DNA of 62,000 nucleotides from Squalus acanthias (GCA_030390025.1 JASTWF010000036.1:2356001-2418000); one strand, 5' to 3'. Shown: positions 1 through 13,501, counted from the first letter of the stretch. Program-made: numbers and translations. Notes: a model not told the origin generated them from the sequence alone.

Positions 1-215
1 ATCTTGTTTAAGTCATGGAAAAGCAAATGTTGATTCATTTGATAAAGCATCCCAAGATTAAATGCTGAAATCCACTTAACCGACAATGTATGCCATTTGT
101 GCTGTAGATCATCGCATCACTTTTTCTGCCTCGACCCCAATTTTTCCACCATTTCCTCTCCCTCGGTCCTCTACCACTTCCATGTTATGCTCACTGGTCA
201 GAAACATGGCAGGTG

Positions 216-599
216 CAGGGTTCCCAACTCTGGTTGGTCACATTGCTGGAGGTGTCATCACAGGACACCCTGCCTCCAACTGCCCTGCCCCCACACTCCC
301 GCCATTGGTCGCCCGACATGTCCATCCTTGCGGTGCCCCGCCTTCCCACGGCCAATCGGAAAGCGAACAGACTGTTCAGTACCCGATTGAATGACAATCA
401 AGAATCATCCAAAAAGCTTTTCCCCATGTCTGATATTTTTATAACTAAAACAAAAATGTTTAAACAACATTTTTAAAGAACACATTTTTTTGACACCCCT
501 GTGATTTTTCTCACGGTTTTTGCTCGCAGCAGTGTCCTGGAGATTAACCTTCAATTCCTGGAGACTCCAGGGCCAATCCTGGAGGAGTTGGCGACCCTA
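216..599. mobile_element. Non-autonomous hAT (Tip100-like) element
   Basis: TIRs CAGGGTTCCCAACT and TAGGGTCGCCAACT (rc). Degenerate 8-bp TSD ggcaggtg/gataggtg. Confidence 0.7.
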
Positions 600-1256
600 G
601 ATAGGTGTTATGATGCTTAGTGGTACAGCCCAGTCTGTGGTCACCTTGACAAAGTGCCTCTGATGGATTGACGAGGAGCTGTGCTTAAATGATGTAGGAA
701 TAGCCCCCACTAATTTCTCCCCTTGCTTGTCCACCATTGTCCCCCTTTCACAACCTCAATTGATAAAGTCAATGAGCAGCACCCTCAAGGTTCTTGTTTG
801 CTTTCACAAGGTTCTGAGCAGGTCGCTTGATCATACTCTTAGCCAGGGAACGGCCTGTGATGTGGGAGAACTTAAGAGAGAGAAAACATTGAAAGAATTA
901 GGGGTGTAAATACAAACAGTGCCAGAACCTCAAGTACATCTGTATTCAGTTGACTTGTGCCTTTAAGCCAAACAAAAATCACTGCTTATACACAAAGGGA
1001 CACAATGTTCCCTTGTGTATACTCAGCCCTGTTTTGCACATCTAGCTGTATGTTTCTCCACCATCTGGGCAAGTGGCAGCAGAGCAGCTGTCATCTGTGG
1101 CTGGAACCAAAGCAAGAAAATTGGATGTATTTTTTTAATGAAGTTTTAGAAACTTAAATAATATATACCTGGTGGGAGGCTGTGAAGATGTAAACATCAA
1201 TTCCTTGTGATGTAGATTGGAATGTGCAATTTTTGGTAGAATGCACCCCATTCCTT

Positions 1257-2031
1257 GGCCCCGATCTTAATCCAACCCGCCCGGTGGGAACGGCACGGGT
1301 GAGCGGTTAAAATCGGGAAAACAGACCTACCACTCCATTCCTGCCAGAAACTCACCGACTCCTAGTTTTACTCTGCAGCTGATCAAGGTCTCAAATGCAC
1401 CAACCAGAATGAGGTGGTTGCCTCATGAAGAAGTTCAAATAGGGGTCTGATGGACTCTGATGTGATTTTAACTGGGAGGGTCAGAAGGCTCGCCCAGTGG
1501 TGAACCCGCTGAGTAAATCGCAACGGGATTGGCTTCACAAACTGACATGACTGGAAGCTGAATTTAAAGGGACACTCACCTGTAGGCACTTAGGATCTGT
1601 GTGCCATTGCGAGTCGTGCTTTTCCAAGGAAGTTCTGAGCTTCCAGTTTGCTTCTTACTGATTTTGTTCACCCCTTACCCTCATTAAGAATTCATTCCTG
1701 CTCCTCCTGGCTCCACATTCAGGTAGGTTACTTACCTTCTTGCCCGGCAGGTGTTCAGTAGGGCTGGTTTCCCCCGAGTGCAGCCCACGATGGATCTGGC
1801 TGCCTCAGAGGAGACTTCAAGCAGGCGTTAGGCCCCGCACTTGCATATGGCAAACAGCCTATTGTCTGCTTCAGGTGTGGGTAAAGGATGCCTCTTGTTT
1901 GTCCTTACCCAATATGGCGGTCAGCGTACTCCCGGTCGGAAGTGTGCGCGCGCTTCCTGCCTGCCATTTTGGGCCTTAGTAGGCCGCGCAGTGTCTGAAA
2001 AACAGGTGCTACTCAGCCCAGTTTCTCAGCC
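1257..2031. mobile_element. Non-autonomous Harbinger-like DNA element
   Basis: GC-rich with GGC termini. Its right end (1900-2031) is homologous to the right end of the element at 18434-21923. Confidence 0.55.
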
Positions 2032-2823
2032 ACAGACTCTGCAGTCAGTCTCAAGAACACCCATGAGCAATGCCACTGGAGATCTATTATTTAAAAAAAA
2101 TAGTTTTCTGGTTTAAAGCCTATATTTAAAACAGGCTGAGAATTTCATACTGCCTCATGGCCTGGGCCAGGTCACACACATGTAAACTTAACATTATTTG
2201 TTCCATGTGAATTCAGGAACTTGGAAACCAGACATGCCTTCCATAGTATTAACAAGAACATTCTGCGCGCTGTTAATTGAGGACATGTGTGGCAATTGTG
2301 AAGCAATGGACGCAGAATAAAGACACGGAGAGGAGTATCACGCACGCCTTGGAAATGTTGTTGGGAGGGTGTTCAGAAAATTGGGCTCCCACTTTAAAAC
2401 TGAAGTCGCAGCGATCAACGCCTCAGGAGTGCCTTCTGGTTCCACAGTGGTGGCAGTCCCTGCCGGAAGATTCCCAACAGACTCGGGGACAGGTTGTGAA
2501 TTCTCCAGAGGAGGAGCACCACAAATGACAAAAAAAGCTGCTCTCTAGCACTTTGCTGAACAGAAAGTGAAAGAGTTTTAATACTGTACTAAGCTGAAGA
2601 CATATTGAAGCATTGAATGTATAGGTTGTTGGGCATGATTAAAAATATACATAGATACATACACATAGGGCTTATTTAGATGCTTTATCTCAAAGTTCCC
2701 TTGTACTGAATGTGCAGCAATGGCCCTGAAGTTATGCCATGGGACACTAACAATTGAATAACTTAATGCATTTGCCCACACTTCCTCCAGCTGCTACTTT
2801 AGCTGCGTTGTTGAACTGTTTAT

Positions 2824-3279
2824 AAAGAACGACTTGCATTTCTATAGCGCCTTTCACGACCATCGGACGTCCCAAAGCGCTTTACAGCCAATGAAGTACT
2901 TTTTGAAGTGTAGTCACTGTTGTAATGTAGGAAACGTGGCATCCAATTTGCGCACAGCAAGCTCCCACAAACAGCAATGTGATAAATGACCAGATAATCT
3001 GTTTTAGTGATGTTGGTTGAGGGATAAATATTGGCCAGAACACCAGGGAGAACTCCCCTGCTCTTCTTCAAAATAGTGCCATGGGATCTTTGACGTCCAC
3101 CTGAGAGGGCAGATTTAATGCCTCATCCGAAAGACGGCGCCTCTGACAGTGCAGCACTCCCTCAGCACGGCACTGGGACTGTCAGCCTAGATTTTTGTGC
3201 TGCAAGTCTCTGGAGTGGGACTTAGAACCCACAACCTTCTGACTCAGAGGCAAGGGTGCTGCCCACTGAGCCACTGGCT
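2824..3279 (-). mobile_element. SacSINE1/DeuSINE-like tRNA-derived SINE, near full length
   Basis: A-box/B-box tRNA-like head, central AAAGATCCCATGGCACTATT block, and L2-like tail GGCGCTATAGAAATGCAAGT. Homologous to the copy at 9386. Confidence 0.85.
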
Positions 3280-4019
3280 ACTAAGTGAGTGAACTCTGTG
3301 AAAATAGTGGAGCGCGCAATTTTAGACATATGCATTAAGCATTTGCATATTAATATCCCACAGTTTGATTTCAAGTCCAATCTGATTGAAAGCAAATGGA
3401 TAAAGTTTAACCTCCATTATCCAACACTCCTTTGCCTACCATCCCGATTATTCACCAGAATTATCACAGGACAAAGCCTCAGAAGAGACGTGGGTGCCCC
3501 ACTATAGAAAGGACATTAAGGCCAGAGAGAGCGTGGATTGATCAGGATGATGCCAGGGATTGGAAACGATGGTTGAGGAGAGACGGATTCTTTGGTGGCT
3601 GGGACCTGGTGGATCCTCCCGGTGACACGGACTCAGCATTTGGAACGAGGCCAGATTTGTCACAAGACGAGCAGGTGGTTCCTTTGCTGAGAGCCAGGTA
3701 CTTGTGAGACATTTGAACAATCATTGCATTTCACAATGTGAAAAAAAAATGAAGAGTTGCAAGAACACCTAATTATACATTGGAAGGAGCTGACGGAAGA
3801 CTTTCCCCACCTGTGCTCTCACAGTTAGGGTGCTAGTAAGGACCATTCCTTTCAGTTGTTACGTGTAGCAACATTGGATACAAACGGTGGTATATTTTTT
3901 GTGGTCTGTGTTCCTTTTGAACAAGTTTATGATTTCACTGGAAACAGACCAGAGGAAGCCGTCATCACCACAGATTGCAACATTTGTGCGTTTCTTTAGG
4001 TGCATTTTTTTTAAAATCC

Positions 4020-4240
4020 AGAGAATCTTACAGCGCAGAAGGAGGCCGTTTGGCCCGTCGTGCCTGTGCCGGCTCTTTGAAAGAACGATCCGATTAGTCC
4101 CACTCCCCCCCTGCTCTTTCCTCATAGCCCTGCAAGATTTTCCCCTACAAGTATTTATCCAATTCCCTTTTGAAAGTTACTATTGAATCTGCTTCCACCG
4201 CCCTTTCAGGCAGCGCATTCCAGATCACAACTCGTTGCGT
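4020..4240 (-). mobile_element. CR1 LINE 3' end fragment
   Basis: Homologous to 27810-28040 (CR1 3' UTR hairpin GGCC...GGCC). Confidence 0.75.
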
Positions 4241-4447
4241 ATCTCACCATGTTGAAATGTCTCAAGGTTCTTTATACATGATTTAGTTTTGAAATGCAGT
4301 GACTATTGGTACATAGGTGTGCTGTGCCTGCAACAGTGGTGTTGTTTGAGGATCTAATACTGGACAGGGCACCAGTGTGCCTGCTCTTTAAGATGAGGGA
4401 TATCAATGCTGGGAAATAGAGCAAGTTTCCTTTTTTCCACCAAGTAT

Positions 4448-4690
4448 CAAAGAAGAGCAGGGGAGTTCTCCCCGGTGTCCTGGACAATATTTATCCCTCA
4501 ACCAACACCACTAAAAAACAGATTATCAGGTCATTATCACATTGATGTCTGTGGGAGCTTGCTGTGCGCAAATTGGCTGCTGCGTTTCCCACATTACAAC
4601 AGTGACTGCACTTCAAGAGTACTTCATTCGCTTTGGGACATCCTGAGGTCATCAAGGGCGCTATACAAATGCAAGTTCTTTTCTTTCTTT
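4448..4690 (+). mobile_element. SacSINE1-like SINE, 3' half
   Basis: Near-identical to 9605-9812 plus the SINE tail. Confidence 0.8.
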
Positions 4691-5097
4691 ATCAAGCACT
4701 TCCAGGGAAAGATGGAGATCAAAACTTGCACCACACCCCCCCAGATGTACAGTTGTGAAAGAAATAGCCAAAGTAGGGGTAGTTTTGTGCTGTGGGCTAC
4801 CTAAGAGGAGGTAGGCTGTGACTGGCCAAACTCCCAGCCAGTAGAGAAAGCAGAATTTGGTCCCATCGGCCTAGGCCGGATTAGAACCTAGGTGCCAGAG
4901 GTGAACGGACTGCCTGCTAACCCACCTCAGCACTCAGAGCTCGACACATTTTGGGAATCTTTAAACCTTTTCCATCTGTCATTGACTATTTCTGAATGAC
5001 TCAGTACATTTATCTGCTGAAAATGAGAATGACCACAGCAGTCCCTTAAATGGAAGCATTTTCAGGTTCAAGTCGATGATGACCATGACCTGCAAAC

Positions 5098-5625
5098 CAC
5101 TACAACGTGCATTGATATAGCGCCTTCATTGTAGGAAATATCCCAACGTGCTTCACGGAGGACGGAAAAAATGTGTAGAAGGAAAAAAGAAACAGACCCT
5201 GAGCCATGGGCCAAAGTTTGCGGGGGGGGGGGGGTAACCGAAAGCCTAGTTGAACAGATGGGTTTCAAGAAGGTCTTTTAAGGTGGAGAAAGAAAGAAGT
5301 GGAGAGGCGGAGGGGTTTAGGTAGGGAGTTCTAGAGAGTAGGGCCGAAACGCATGAGCGTGCTGTCAGCAATGCCAAGACAAAGGAAGGAGGGCTGCACA
5401 AAAGTTCAGAGTAGGCAGAATAAAAGGTGCGTGAGGAATATAAGGCTTGAAGAGTTACTGGGGTAGGGTGGGGCAAGGCCAAACAGGGATTTGCAGATGA
5501 GGACAAGGATTTTAAATTCGATGCACTGGGAGACACAGAGCCAATGTAGGTCAGCAAGTACGGGATTAATGGATAAGCGAGACAGGATAGAGCCAGCTGA
5601 AGCTTGAACAATTTGGGGTTTATGG
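5098..5625 (-). mobile_element. Degenerate L2 LINE 3' fragment
   Basis: Homologous to L2 3' fragments at 20440-20827 and 23401-23830. Confidence 0.6.
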
Positions 5626-8600
5626 AGGTGAGAGATTGGAGAGAGAGAGAGAGAGAGAGAGATAGGAGAGCGGCAAAGAGGACATCAGAGAAATTGATTC
5701 TAGGGGGTTCCCGGGAGTGTGTCAGTGTTTGCAGGAGGTCCCTGGGATCGTGTCTCATTAAAAATGTTTCCTGCAGTGATTATACTGTTTCTTTTAGGTA
5801 GTTGATGCAGTCTTTCTGAAGTCAAGATAGGAGATCCCTGGGAGTGTGTTTATATTTACAGGACGTCTCTGGGACTGGACTGAGAACACAGAAATGAAGA
5901 ACTGGCTGATTGAAAATATGCAAAATTAACAAGACCTGTATTTTGAAGGAAAAGGGATAGTGTAGATTTCAGTGTCTGGATACAGAATAGAACGCCACAC
6001 AAGTAAAAGAATCCCTCCTTCATTTTACCGTCTTTGCTAAATACTAAACATGTCAGTGGATGACATATCCTTTTCATACAAAAAAAAATCGGTTTAATAG
6101 GTGTTCTGGAGAGGAGGAAAATGACTCACATAAAAGTCAGCCATATTGAAACTGATTTTGAATTGATCTGCATTTGTGAATGTTCAGTAAAAGGAGACAT
6201 GTTAGCACTGCGACCTTCTCCCTCACTCTCTCCACAGTGATTTTAGACCAACCCAGAGAGACCGCATTCAACATTTGTGTGGCAATAAACCAAGGAAGCC
6301 TTTAAAATATTATTGCTTTTCTCTTTCACCAAAAAAGTACAGTTTTCAGATGAGCAAATATTGGCGCGGTAAATCTTCAAAAAGAAAATATAATAATCAT
6401 TATTTTGTATCTTGTGCTTGGCTCCTTTTTATGGCATATTTACCCACATAACAACAGTAACTGCACACTAGAATCATAGAAATTACAGCACAGGAGGCCA
6501 TTCGGCCTGTGCCAATGCTAGCTCTTTATTTGGAGTTAGCTATTGCAATCCCATGTCTATGTTCTTTCCCTAAATCCTTTTAGAAAAGCATCCCGTGACA
6601 TCTTCCAATTCCTATACCAACAGTCCTATGGCCAATCTAAATGGGAAGATATACAACCCAGAGTCGTAGGATAAAAGTTTCCTCTCCTATCTGGCTGTAA
6701 GTAAATTTGGACATGCATCTACAGTGGAAAACTGACCCGAATATGGCACTAAATTGATAATCTCCTCCTCAGAATTATTATTCGAACCTAGTGTAATAGA
6801 TCAGAGATCTGTCTTGTTTCATAAAAAATGTTAATTTCTACATCTAGACTCCCTTTCCACACCCCAGTCGCACTCTGGGGCGGATCCCTAACTTAAACAT
6901 CATTTGTGGCCTTAATAAGCCATGACCACAGTTGTGGCCAACACTGGGCATGAAGCAGGCCTCAGGCCTTAAGACGCAATAATATGGGGCCCTGGCATCT
7001 GAAGCACTGCAATGCTTTGGGCAGCCTGCCATCATATCATCAGTCCCTACGGCATGTGTCATTTTTTCGAGGTTTCCATGGCTCTTCTGCGAATGGGAGA
7101 ACCCTCGTGGAGGTGGAGCCGATGTGTCTGGCCTGCGCTGTGATCACTTTGAACTGGTTACCGCATGGCCAGCAGCAGCCAGCTCAGGTGCAATACACAC
7201 ACTATCTGGACCAGGACTTCTACCAGCCACGGCTCACAGCTACATACACAAGCCTGAATTTGCTTTCCTTCTCTGATGTCTGATTACACTTGAGGAAAAT
7301 ACACAGAGCCACGAACAGCTCGGGGATCTTTCTCACCTTGTTTATAACGATGGATAAATGATTAAAAAACCCACTAAGGTCTATTCGTATCAGCAACTAG
7401 AAATATATACAAATGAATAGGAACACAGATTTAAACTTGAAAGACCAGATTTTCCTTACCTATATTGCCACAGCTGGATGCAGAAGATTGACAGAGGTCC
7501 CAGTGGTTTGTGCCCTGACACATTCTCCAGTGGGCAGGACCAGTGGTGGTTGAAGCGGACACCCCAAATAAGTGGGTGCCTTCATTTTAATATTCATTTG
7601 GGGACGTGTCAGTCCGGAATGCCATTTTCCGTAGTTCTTGAATGCAGGACACCGGATGTAAGAGAACCCGCCCATTTGAAATGGACATCAAGGGTTGCTA
7701 AGCAGTGGTAAGTATCCTAGGAGTCATGGAAAGGACACAGTAATACAAAAGGGTAAATGTACTTTAGCCATTTCTTAACCTTTTTTTTTCTTTTCCTGCT
7801 GGCTCTTACATTTCCCCTGCCCCATAACTGGCACCAATGGTTTTCCCAATGGAAATCCCTCTATCTGACTCATCCGGGAGAAGAGGAGAACATAAGGAGG
7901 GATCCCAGGCAGGTCAGGCCACCCAAGAGATGCTCTGTGCCCTCCTGCCAGTACCCACACATCTGTATCTGTTGACAGAGATGAACAGAACTCACCTTGG
8001 CGGTCCATTAGTGTTGGTGGAAGCTCCTCTTCCCAAAGGAAGCTGGGACAGCAGACCAGCTGTCTCCATTGAGGTCTGTGAATGTCTGACTAACTATAAT
8101 GTTGGCAGCTTCCTCAAAAGTGCCCCATTCACAGTATTTCATGCCTTCAGTGCCACTGCATGAAAGAAGATATGCCATGGGTGACCAACAGGCAGTGTAA
8201 CCTGATTGGCTACATCTGCCAAGATGCCAACCGCCATTTCTATAGGTCCTACCACATCTACATGGCAATGACTGTGGCAAATTTTCTTCTCATGGTCTAG
8301 GTCTGCAGAGAGGCTGATGCAGTGCTGCACCATTGGCTGCAAGGGCACCTGCAGATACTATGCAGCAGAAGGCTTGCACATGCAGTGACAGTAATGCTCA
8401 GCTGTGCCTGAAACTTGGCTACACCCCTTTACAGGCAGGCTACACTGCTACCCTGTTTGGTGCGGTACAGAGGGCAACCTTTCATAAACCCACCTCATAC
8501 AGCACCACCTCCATTTCAGTAGCCATCAATCAGGATGTCGGTTGCGAGGCTGCTCCATCAATTTCCTGCACACTTATGTCGACACCTTGGGTTTCCTTTC

Positions 8601-8741
8601 CCTTCATTTTTGCATATCTCTGTTTAGTCTCCTGCCCCTTCAGCCTTGGAAAAAGCTAATGATGAATTGAGGTGCCTTCCGAGAGTCGCCAAAGACTTTC
8701 TGAATTTTTGTCGCCCTAATTGTGGCGTTCTCTTGAGGAAT

Positions 8742-9015
8742 TTAGGAACAGGAGGAGGCAATTCAGCCCCTCGAGCCTGTTTTGCCATCCAATTAGATCG
8801 TGGCTGATCTGTATCTTAACTCCATCTACCCGCCTTGGTTCCGTAACTACCAACAAAAATCTATCAATCTCCGTTTTGACATTTTCAATTGACCCCCAGC
8901 CTCAACAGCTTTTTGGGGGAGAGTGTTCCAGATTTCCACTAACCTTTGTGTGAAGAAGTGCTTCCTGACATCACCCCTGAATGGCCTGGCTCTAATTTTA
9001 AGGTTATACCCCATT
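8742..9015 (-). mobile_element. CR1 LINE 3' fragment
   Basis: Homologous to 55120-55400. Confidence 0.7.
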
Positions 9016-9385
9016 GTCAATTGTCTTTAATTGTCTCCATTCCTTTCAATTTCATTGACATGCAATGTAAATTCTCCCACCACTACTCTGCTCTTCACGA
9101 CTGGCCCATGACGACAAAAGGCTTGGACATTTCTGAGATAGGAAGCGCATCCTACAGGGTCTCCACCAGCGATTCCTGACCTTACCACAGTGTGGTGCAG
9201 CATGTTAACACACTGCAGCACACGAGGGTAAACTGAGCAATCTCTGCCCTCAGCAGCGAGCCTCGCTCGAAGGGAGCAACGGGCCAGAGAATTACCACTG
9301 CAGTCCAGAGCCTCATCTCTGAACTGCACTCCCTTTGAGCACTGAACCCCTTCAGGAAACGCAGTATTGACAACATGCAGTATTG

Positions 9386-9812
9386 TCAGCCAGTGGCTCA
9401 GTGGGTAGGACTCTCGTCTCTGAGTCAGAAGGTTGTGGGTTCATGTCCCACTCCAGAGACTTTAGCACAAAAATCTAGGCTGACACTCCAGTGCAGTACT
9501 GAGGGAGTGCTGCATTGTCGGAGGAGCCGTCTTTCAGATGAGACGTTAAACCGAGGTCCCGTCTACTCTCTCAGGTGGATGTAAAAGATCCCGTGGCACT
9601 ATTTTGAAGAAGAGCAGGAGAGTTCTCCCCGGTGTCCTGGCCAATATTTATCCCTCAACCAACATCACTAAAACAGATTATCTGGTCATTATCACATTGC
9701 TGTTTGTGGGATCTTGCTGTGTGCAAATTGGCTGCCGCATTTCCTACATTACAACAGTGACTACATTTCAAAAAATACTTAATTGGCTGTAAAGCGCTTT
9801 GGGACGTCCTGA
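9386..9812 (+). mobile_element. SacSINE1-like SINE, 5' part; interrupted by a CR1 LINE and resuming at 13216-13257
   Basis: The SINE sequence GACGTCCTGA|GGTCGTGAAAGGCGCTATA is split exactly by the LINE. Confidence 0.88.
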
Positions 9813-9985
9813 ATGCGTGGCTCAAAGACTGGTGTGGGAAAAATGGGTTTTGCTTCTTGGGACACTGGCACCAGTACTGGGGCAGGAGAGAGCTGTTCCG
9901 TTGGGACGGACTTCACTTGGCCAGTGCTGGGACTAATGTCCTGGCGAATCGAATAACTAGGGCTGTGGAGAGGGCTTTAAACTAA
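9809..9985 (+). CDS. CR1 ORF1 C-terminal SGNH esterase fragment (LNAWLKDWC...WDGLHL...ALN*)
   Basis: Manual translation. Contains the DGLH (DxxH) motif of SGNH hydrolases typical of CR1 ORF1. Confidence 0.8.
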   Translation: MNAWLKDWCGKNGFCFLGHWHQYWGRRELFRWDGLHLASAGTNVLANRITRAVERALN

Positions 9986-10023
9986 TTAGTGGGGGGGAGG
10001 TTTCAAGAGAGCAAAAAATAAAA

Positions 10024-12976
10024 ATGACAACAGAGAGGGTCATAGACATAGGTAGCAGTAGGGGAATCACAAATCAGAGCGTGGCAGGAAGGGACAGAGT
10101 GTGTGGAGTAAAAGGTAAAGTGGTAAAAAGTGAAAAAGCAGGAACTAAGTGCCACAAAGCATATTTGAAAGTTCTCTATCTGAATGCACGTAGCATTCGT
10201 AACAAAATAGACGAGTTAATGGCACAAATAATTACATATGGTTATGATATTGTGGCCATTACAGAAACATGGCTGCAGGGTGACAATGCCTGGGAATTAA
10301 ACATACCAGGTTATTTAACGATCAGGAAGGACAGGCAGGAAGGAAGGGGAGGTGGGGTGGCTATGTTAATAAAGGAAGGAATCACTGTAATACAGAGTAA
10401 TGATATTGGGTCAAAAAAATCATGCTAATGAAACAGTTTGGGTGGAGATAAGGAATAATAAGGGGAAAAAAACACTAGTGGGCGTAGTCTATAGGCCTCC
10501 GAACAGTTGCAACTCTGTTGGACGGAGTATCAATCAGGAAATAGTTGAGGCATGTAATAAGGGAACATCTATAATTATGGGGGATTTTAACTATCATATT
10601 AATTGGACAAATCAAATGGGGCAGGGCTGCCTTGAGGATAAGTTCATTGAGTGTATTAGGGATGGGTTTCTTGAGCAGTATGTAACTGAACCGACCAGGG
10701 GGCAAGCAACCTTAGATCTGGTCCTGTGTAACGAGACAGGATTAATTAAAAATGTCCTAGTAAAGGATCCCCTTGGAATGAGTGACCATAACATGGTTGA
10801 ATTCCATATTCAATTAGAGGGTGAGAAGGTTGGATCTCAAACAAGCGTGCTAAGCTTGAATAAAGGAGACTATGAAGGTATGCGAGCAGAATTGAGTAGA
10901 GTGGATTGGGAAAATAGATTAAAGGGTAAGACGACACATGATCAGTGGTGTACATTCAAGGAGTTATTTTACAACTTCCAAAAAATATATATTCCACTGA
11001 AAAGAAAAGGGTGTAAAAGAAAGGACAGTCATCCGTGGCTAAGTAAAGAAATTAAGGATAGTATTCGACTAAAAACAAGGGCATATAAGGTAGCGAAATC
11101 TAGTGGGAGGACAGAGGATTGGGAAAACTTTAAAAGGCAGCAAAAAATAACAAAAAGATTGATTAAGAAAGGGAAGATAGATTATGAAAGTAAATTAGCA
11201 AAAAATATAAAAACAGATAGTAAGAGTTTTTATAGTTATATAAAAAGAAAAAGGGTGGCTAAAGTAAATGTTGGTCCCTTAGAGGATGAGACCGGGAAAT
11301 TAATGGTGGGAAATATGGAGATGGCAAAAACACTGAATGAATATTTTGTATCAGTCTTTACAGTAGAGGACACTAAGAATATCCCAACACTGGACAAACA
11401 GGGGGCTATAGGGGGAGAGGAGCTAAACACGATCAAAATCACTAAGGAAGTGGTACTCGGTAAAATAATGGGACTCAAGGCGGATAAATCACCTGGACCT
11501 GATGGCTTACATCCTAGAGTCTTGAAGGAAGTGGCGGTAGGGATTGTAGATGCATTGGTAATAATTTTTCAAAACTCCCTGGATTCCGCTAAGGTCCCGG
11601 CAGACTGGAAAACTGCTAATGTAACACCCTTATTTAAAAAGGGCAGTAGACAGAAGGCTGGTAACTATAGACCGGTTAGCCTAACATCTGTGGTAGGTAA
11701 AATTTTGGAGTCCATTATTAAGGAAACAGTAACAGGACATTTGGATAATCATAATTTAATAGGACAAAGTCAGCATGGTTTTACGAAGGGGAAGTCATGT
11801 TTGACAAATTTGCTGGAGTTCTTTGAGGAAGTAACATATAGAGTGGATAAAGGGGAACCAGTAGACGTAGTGTATTTAGACTTCCAAAAGGCATTTGACA
11901 AGGTGCCACACAAAAGATTATTGCTTAAGGTAAAAAATCACGGGATTGGGGGTAATATTCTGGCATGGATAGAGGATTGGCTATCTAACAGAAAGCAAAG
12001 AGTTGGGATAAATGGTTCATTCTCAGACTGGCAATCAGTAACTAGTGGTGTTCCACAGGGGTCAGTGCTGGGTCCCCAACTCTTTACAATCTATATTAAC
12101 GATTTGGAGGAAGGGACCGAGTGTAACATATCAAAATTTGCAGATGATACTAAGATGGGAGGGAAAGTAGTGAGTGAGGAGGACATAAAAAACCTGCAAG
12201 GGGACATAGACAGGCTAAGTAAGTGGGCAGAGATTTGGCAGATGGAATACAACACTGGAAAGTGTGAGGTGATGCACTTTGGCAGGAAAAATCCTAGAGC
12301 AATTTATTATCTTAATGGCAAGAAACTGGAGAGTACTGAAGTGCAAAGGGATCTGGGGGTCCTGGTGCACGAAACTCAAAAGGTTAGTATGCAGGTGCAG
12401 CAAGTGATTAAGAAGGCAAATGGAATGTTGGCTTTCATTGCTAGGGGGATAGAATATAAAAATAGGGAGGTATTGCTTCAGTTGTACAAGGTATTGGTGA
12501 GACCGCACCTGGAATACTGCATACAGTTTTGGTGTCCTTACTTAAGGAAAGACATCCTTGCTCTCGAGGCAGTGCAAAAAAGGTTCACTCGGTTAATCCC
12601 GGGGATGAGGGGGTGGTCATATGAGGAGAGGTTGTGTAGATTGGGACTCTACTCATTGGAGTTCAGAAGAATGAGAGGAGATCTTATTGAAACATATAAG
12701 ATTGTGAAGGGGTTGGATCGGGTGGATGCGGGGAGGATGTTCCCGATGACGGGTGAGACTAGAACTAGGGGACATAGTCTTAGAATAAGGGGCTGCTCTT
12801 TCAAAACTGAGATGAGGAGGAACTACTTCACTCAGAGGGTGGTAGGTCCATGGAATATGCTGCCACAAAAAGCTGTAGAAGCTACATCATTAAATAAATT
12901 TAAAACAGAAATAGACAGTTTCCTAGAAGTAAAGGGCATTAAGGGTTACGGGGAGCGGGCAGGAATTTGGACATGA
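10024..12976 (+). pseudogene. CR1 ORF2 (AP endonuclease plus reverse transcriptase) with one +1 frameshift at the A7 run 10413-10419
   Basis: ORF 10024-10428 carries the APE N-terminus (YLNARSI, ITETWL). ORF 10400-12976 carries GDFN, SDHN, PGPDG, YRPVSL, GVPQGSVLGP and FADD. Confidence 0.93.
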
Positions 12977-13476
12977 GTCTAGGTTCGGATCGGTCATGGC
13001 CCTGTGGGTAGTGGAGCGGGCCCAGGGGCCGTGTAGCCTGATTCTGCTCCTATTTCGTGTGTGCAATTCTGTTAGATGCAGGAGATGGTTCTGTGATAGT
13101 AGATAGTAGATTGGCGGTTAGGATCAGATCAGCCATGATCTTATTGAATGGCGGAGCAGGCTCGAGGGGCCGATTGGCCTACTCCTGCTCCTATTTCTTA
13201 TGTTCTTATGTTCTTAGGTCGTGAAAGGCGCTATAGAAATGCAAGTCTTTCTTCTTTCAATTGCTGAATTTACTTTGCAAATGTTTTTGTTGTCTACTGG
13301 GACAAAGTCACATCTGTGCTCATTTTTTTTACGTTAGTTTGGGAATTAAACTTTACAAAAAGTTCAGCATCAGACATCATTGGCAGTGCAATGACATTAG
13401 CTCATCACTGTTCACTTTGAAGATCATCTTGTAAAACCCAATGACCAATTGATAATGTCCCAGTGTCGGGTCTTAC

Positions 13477-13501
13477 CATAAATGGCAATAAGAGAACTCA
13501 T
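13477..13501 (-). CDS. Candidate first coding segment (MSSLIAIY-G, 25 nt, phase-1 donor) of a fidgetin-family gene; candidate exon 13477-13529
   Basis: tcttatcag|TGG...CCA ATG AGT TCT CTT ATT GCC ATT TAT G|GTAAGA. Resembles the recalled FIGN start exon (MISSTSVY-G, 25 coding nt). FIGNL2 neighbours SCN8A in human. No AAA-ATPase exon lies in the window. Confidence 0.4.

Larger units (their letters stand above)
9809..13215 (+). mobile_element. 5'-truncated but near-intact CR1-clade LINE (ORF1 3' end, ORF2, 3' UTR, (TTCTTATG)n tail)
   Basis: ORF1 esterase C-terminus, APE plus RT ORF2, CR1 3' hairpin and octamer repeat tail. Confidence 0.95.

Noticed and set aside
2260..2560. Possible conserved non-coding element (also about 6100-6400 and 39300-39800)
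   Set aside because: Looks non-repetitive, but conservation cannot be assessed without alignments.
6846..8720. Possible very decayed Harbinger transposase/Myb remnants (e.g. QLGDLSHLVYND, NYNVGSF)
   Set aside because: Similarity is too weak to support by eye and no clear TIR pair was found. Needs an HMM search.
9186..9376. Minus-strand ATG-initiated frame ending at a GTAAG donor
   Set aside because: No recognisable protein and no supporting acceptor; could be a chance donor site.
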